A DNA stretch of 62,668 nt from positions 1-62,668 of the IMG/VR virus record IMGVR_UViG_3300036940_000176; one strand, written 5' to 3'. Positions 59,998-62,668 of this stretch are shown here, piece after piece. The position numbers and the translations under genes were made by a program. This DNA is from a virus. How positions within the stretch are numbered: position 1 is the first letter of the stretch; the number at the start of each line of letters is the position of its first letter. Under the pieces are notes generated by a model that saw only the letters and a list, made by a program, of their open reading frames with translations, was not told the origin of the DNA and made no database searches.

Positions 59998-62668
59998 ATG
60001 GCTGTAAAAAGAATATCAGACAATGCACTTGTGGATTGGTTGACAAAAGAAAACAATCAAAGCAACATTAGATTTCGTGATATAAACCAAATGCAAGATA
60101 CTTTAAAAAAAGGTATTAATAAAAATTTTGTAGATATTTTTGGATTAAAGAATGGAAAAATAAATGCTGGAAATGCTTCAAAACTTGGTGGTGCAAGTTT
60201 ATATAAAACAACTGATGAAGATTATACAACAAACGAAATACCAAATACAGACACAGATATACTATCTTCTAAGGCTTTGCTAAATTATATTATCAATACA
60301 TATTATAATATAGATGATATTGACGGCTTTTTAGATAATTATTTATTGCTATCTGGTGGAATAATGACAGGTGATATTGATTTAAATAATAACAATGTTA
60401 TTAACATTGGTAAAATATCATTCGGCACAGCCAGTGTTTTTGAAAATCCTGGAGACACAAGATGGAATAGTGATTTATTATGTTTGGAAACTCTTGTAAG
60501 TGGAACAGGAAGTAATCAGGTTATTATTCAACACTCAAGAGAAAATCATAAACAACTTAAAAACGATACTGGTAGCAATCAACCAAATGGTAAAGTTGCT
60601 TATATTAGTGGTGCTCCAGGTGCAAGTTCTAATGCCCAATTCAAATTAGCAACAAATACTGATGATGATATTGCAATGAGAACAATAGGTTTATTAACCG
60701 AACCAATAGATAGTGCCCAAAAAGGTATTGTCGCAACAAATGGCGAAGTAAAAGATATTAGCACATCATTATTATCTGGTACAGCAGAAGTTGGAAAACG
60801 TGTTTATCTAGCAACAAATGGAAATATGACAATGACTAAACCAACAGGAAATATTGTATGTGTATGTTTAGGTGTCGTTACACAAACTGGTTCAAGTACT
60901 TTTAATGTATTAGTTACTGTTAATGCTTTTCCTAAATTAGAACAATTAAGTGGTGTAGAAGGCACATTTGAAACTGGTTCTATATTAGTTAAACAATCAG
61001 ACGGAACATATGCCCCTGTTATTTTTCAAGATGAGTTAGATAATTATCAATTGATAAGTGAAAAAGGAGAGGCAAATGGATATGCGCCTTTAAATAGTTC
61101 AACTAAAATTGACGCAATTTATTTACCTTCTTATGTTGATGATGTTATTGAATATAATACAAAGGCTGATTTACCTTTAACTGGTGAAAGTGGTAAATTA
61201 TATGTTGTGCTTGCAGATGAAACAAGCGATAACAATACAAGTACTTATCGTTGGGCAACAACAGTATATGTAAAAGTCACTGATACATTAAGCGCAAGTG
61301 AAGTTAAAATTCTATATGAAAGCAATTTAAATACAAACGCATTTACTGATGCTTATAAAAGCAAACTAGATGAAATAGATGATTTGTTTGACGCAAAAAT
61401 ATCTATTGATTTGAGTTATCCAAACAAAGTTACATCTGATGATGATGATAAAATTTTCATTACTGATAGTGGGAATTTACATGCACCAAGATATATTACT
61501 CGTAAACAATTTATTGATAGCATTATTATAGATGGTGATATTTTCAATGGTGCTACTGATTATTCTCCAGAGGGACTAGGCGCATATTCAAGCGCAGTCA
61601 GTACAATCCATACAGGTATTGCTGATACAAACGCCGACTTTTACGTAGATATTACAACGTTATCAAGCGGTGATGTTTATCGTGTGACAGTACCAACATT
61701 AACCGATAACACCCAAGTTGCAAGATTTAGCGGTGATGGTGCTTTAGCAAGTGGCGCTACGTATTATAATGTTAAACTTAATGATATGTTTGTCAAGGGT
61801 AGTGATATTGAGGGGCAAGATATTGAATTGAAATTTGATGGTAGCATTGTTGAATTAATTGAGTTTGTTGATGATACCGAAGTTTCTTATGTCGAGCGTA
61901 ATGAATTGTATAATTGGAAACGCAATCACAAAGTATTCCCAATTCAAGTAACAGCAGGCGCATTTGATTTTAGCGTAAACACAGGAAATCCAACTTGGTA
62001 TTTTGATGAAGTACCTGCCGAAATAGGCGCAAGTTATTCAACATCATTACGACCAACTTGTACATTGACTAAATCACAAATTGTATATTTAGTAGTTGAT
62101 AATTTTAGCGCTTCAAGTATTGAATTAAAAGATAATGGAACTGATGCTCGATATGTTGGAGATTTACAAGATTTACCAGCATTAACTTATCTTTTAGATT
62201 TATATAATTGCACAAACATAACAGGTTCACTTGCTGATTTACCAGCATTAACTTATTTTTTAGATTTATATAATTGTACAAATGTAACAGGTTCACTTGC
62301 TGATTTACCAGCATTAACTTATTATTTGAGTTTAACTAATTGCACAAACGTAACAGGTTCACTTGCTGATTTACCAGCATTAACTTATCTTTTAGATTTA
62401 TATAATTGCACAAACATAACAGGTTCACTTGCTGATTTACCAGCATTAACTTATCTTTTAGATTTAACTAATTGCACAAACGTAACAGGTTCACTTACTG
62501 ATTTACCAGCATTAACTTATTATTTAAGGTTAGTTAATTGCACAAACGTAACAGGTTCACTTGCTGATTTACCAGCATTAACTTATCTTTTAGATTTATA
62601 TAATTGCACAAACATAACAGGTTCACTTGCTGATTTACCAGCATTAACTTATTATTTAAGGTTAGTTA
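59998..62668 (+). CDS. Tail fibre / receptor-binding protein with a C-terminal leucine-rich-repeat array. The ORF runs off the window end and continues at 3-359.
   Basis: ATG 59998 after TAGGTGATAAT. No stop found in this frame when read codon by codon to 62668. Contains the phage-fibre motif GYAPLNSSTKIDAIYLPSYVDDV and about eight 24-aa LRR units. Absent from the ORF track because no stop occurs in the window. Confidence 0.85.
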   Translation, partial: MAVKRISDNALVDWLTKENNQSNIRFRDINQMQDTLKKGINKNFVDIFGLKNGKINAGNASKLGGASLYKTTDEDYTTNEIPNTDTDILSSKALLNYIINTYYNIDDIDGFLDNYLLLSGGIMTGDIDLNNNNVINIGKISFGTASVFENPGDTRWNSDLLCLETLVSGTGSNQVIIQHSRENHKQLKNDTGSNQPNGKVAYISGAPGASSNAQFKLATNTDDDIAMRTIGLLTEPIDSAQKGIVATNGEVKDISTSLLSGTAEVGKRVYLATNGNMTMTKPTGNIVCVCLGVVTQTGSSTFNVLVTVNAFPKLEQLSGVEGTFETGSILVKQSDGTYAPVIFQDELDNYQLISEKGEANGYAPLNSSTKIDAIYLPSYVDDVIEYNTKADLPLTGESGKLYVVLADETSDNNTSTYRWATTVYVKVTDTLSASEVKILYESNLNTNAFTDAYKSKLDEIDDLFDAKISIDLSYPNKVTSDDDDKIFITDSGNLHAPRYITRKQFIDSIIIDGDIFNGATDYSPEGLGAYSSAVSTIHTGIADTNADFYVDITTLSSGDVYRVTVPTLTDNTQVARFSGDGALASGATYYNVKLNDMFVKGSDIEGQDIELKFDGSIVELIEFVDDTEVSYVERNELYNWKRNHKVFPIQVTAGAFDFSVNTGNPTWYFDEVPAEIGASYSTSLRPTCTLTKSQIVYLVVDNFSASSIELKDNGTDARYVGDLQDLPALTYLLDLYNCTNITGSLADLPALTYFLDLYNCTNVTGSLADLPALTYYLSLTNCTNVTGSLADLPALTYLLDLYNCTNITGSLADLPALTYLLDLTNCTNVTGSLTDLPALTYYLRLVNCTNVTGSLADLPALTYLLDLYNCTNITGSLADLPALTYYLRLV
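62161..62668 (+). repeat. 72-nt (24-aa) tandem repeat array encoding LRR units. It continues at 1-143 after the junction.
   Basis: Units DLPALTY(L/Y/F)L(D/S/R)L(Y/T/V)NCTN(I/V)TGSL(A/T). Neighbouring copies are more than 90 percent identical. Confidence 0.9.

Noticed and set aside
62161-62668. Regular 72-nt repeats at both window ends, considered as a possible CRISPR array
   Set aside because: The repeats are contiguous with no unique spacers and are in frame. They translate into canonical 24-aa leucine-rich repeats within a 968-aa ORF, and no cas genes are present.
1-62668. Mollicute-type genetic code (TGA read as Trp), suggested by extreme AT richness and lipoproteins
   Set aside because: TGA is used as a stop exactly at coupled gene junctions (for example AAGGAGTGATTAAATG). 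ORFs of 1,012-1,920 codons contain no in-frame TGA, and Trp is encoded by TGG.
59998-62668. Diversity-generating retroelement targeting the variable LRR fibre
   Set aside because: No reverse transcriptase ORF is present, and there is no template repeat or adenine-specific mismatch pattern elsewhere in the genome. The variation is between tandem units of the same gene.

Overview
The window is a complete, circularly closed genome of a strongly AT-rich tailed dsDNA phage. Bases 1-123 are identical to 62546-62668, so the unit length is 62,545 bp. The phage uses the standard genetic code: TGA serves as a stop at tightly packed gene junctions, and ORFs up to 1,920 codons carry no in-frame TGA. Genes have Firmicute-type SD sequences (AAGGAGTGAT) and several perfect TTGACA-17-TATAAT promoters.

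Layout:
- Leftward early/replication-recombination arm (about 35.4 kb down to 9.1 kb, minus strand). It encodes an ArdC-like antirestriction fusion, a replisome organizer plus DnaC-like loader, an orphan N6-adenine MTase, three YD-repeat paralogs, an SbcC/Rad50-like ATPase, RecT, an MBL-fold nuclease, SSB and a contiguous GroES-GroEL pair. Many tiny zinc-ribbon ORFs are missing from the ORF track.
- Minus-strand tail operon (8358-3261) with its own consensus promoter. It ends in a T7 gp12-like nozzle candidate.
- Rightward arm (35.8 kb to the end, wrapping to 3250). It encodes small membrane proteins and lipoproteins, HTH/RHH regulators, a 1,920-aa polyvalent ejection protein (ART-like plus two ParB-like domains) and a 1,344-aa virion protein. 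These are followed by TerL, portal, scaffold, major capsid, a TerS-like protein and a 968-aa LRR tail fibre. The fibre ORF crosses the window junction and is absent from the ORF track. Three membrane proteins close the arm.

No integrase, DNA polymerase, tRNA, CRISPR array or recognisable endolysin was seen.

Most interesting observations:
- Two GC-enriched, hairpin-dense, ORF-free regions. One (8643-9098) is a self-contained promoter-to-terminator unit of about 420 nt directly after groEL. The other (34903-35429) is a roughly 490-nt leader/ncRNA at the head of the early-left operon.
- A promoter-plus-terminator sRNA of about 75 nt (39835-39910). Its CU box is complementary to an unusual SD (GGAAAGAGAG) shared by three early-left genes.
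- Recurrent CACGTTAC operator-like motifs at minus-strand promoters.
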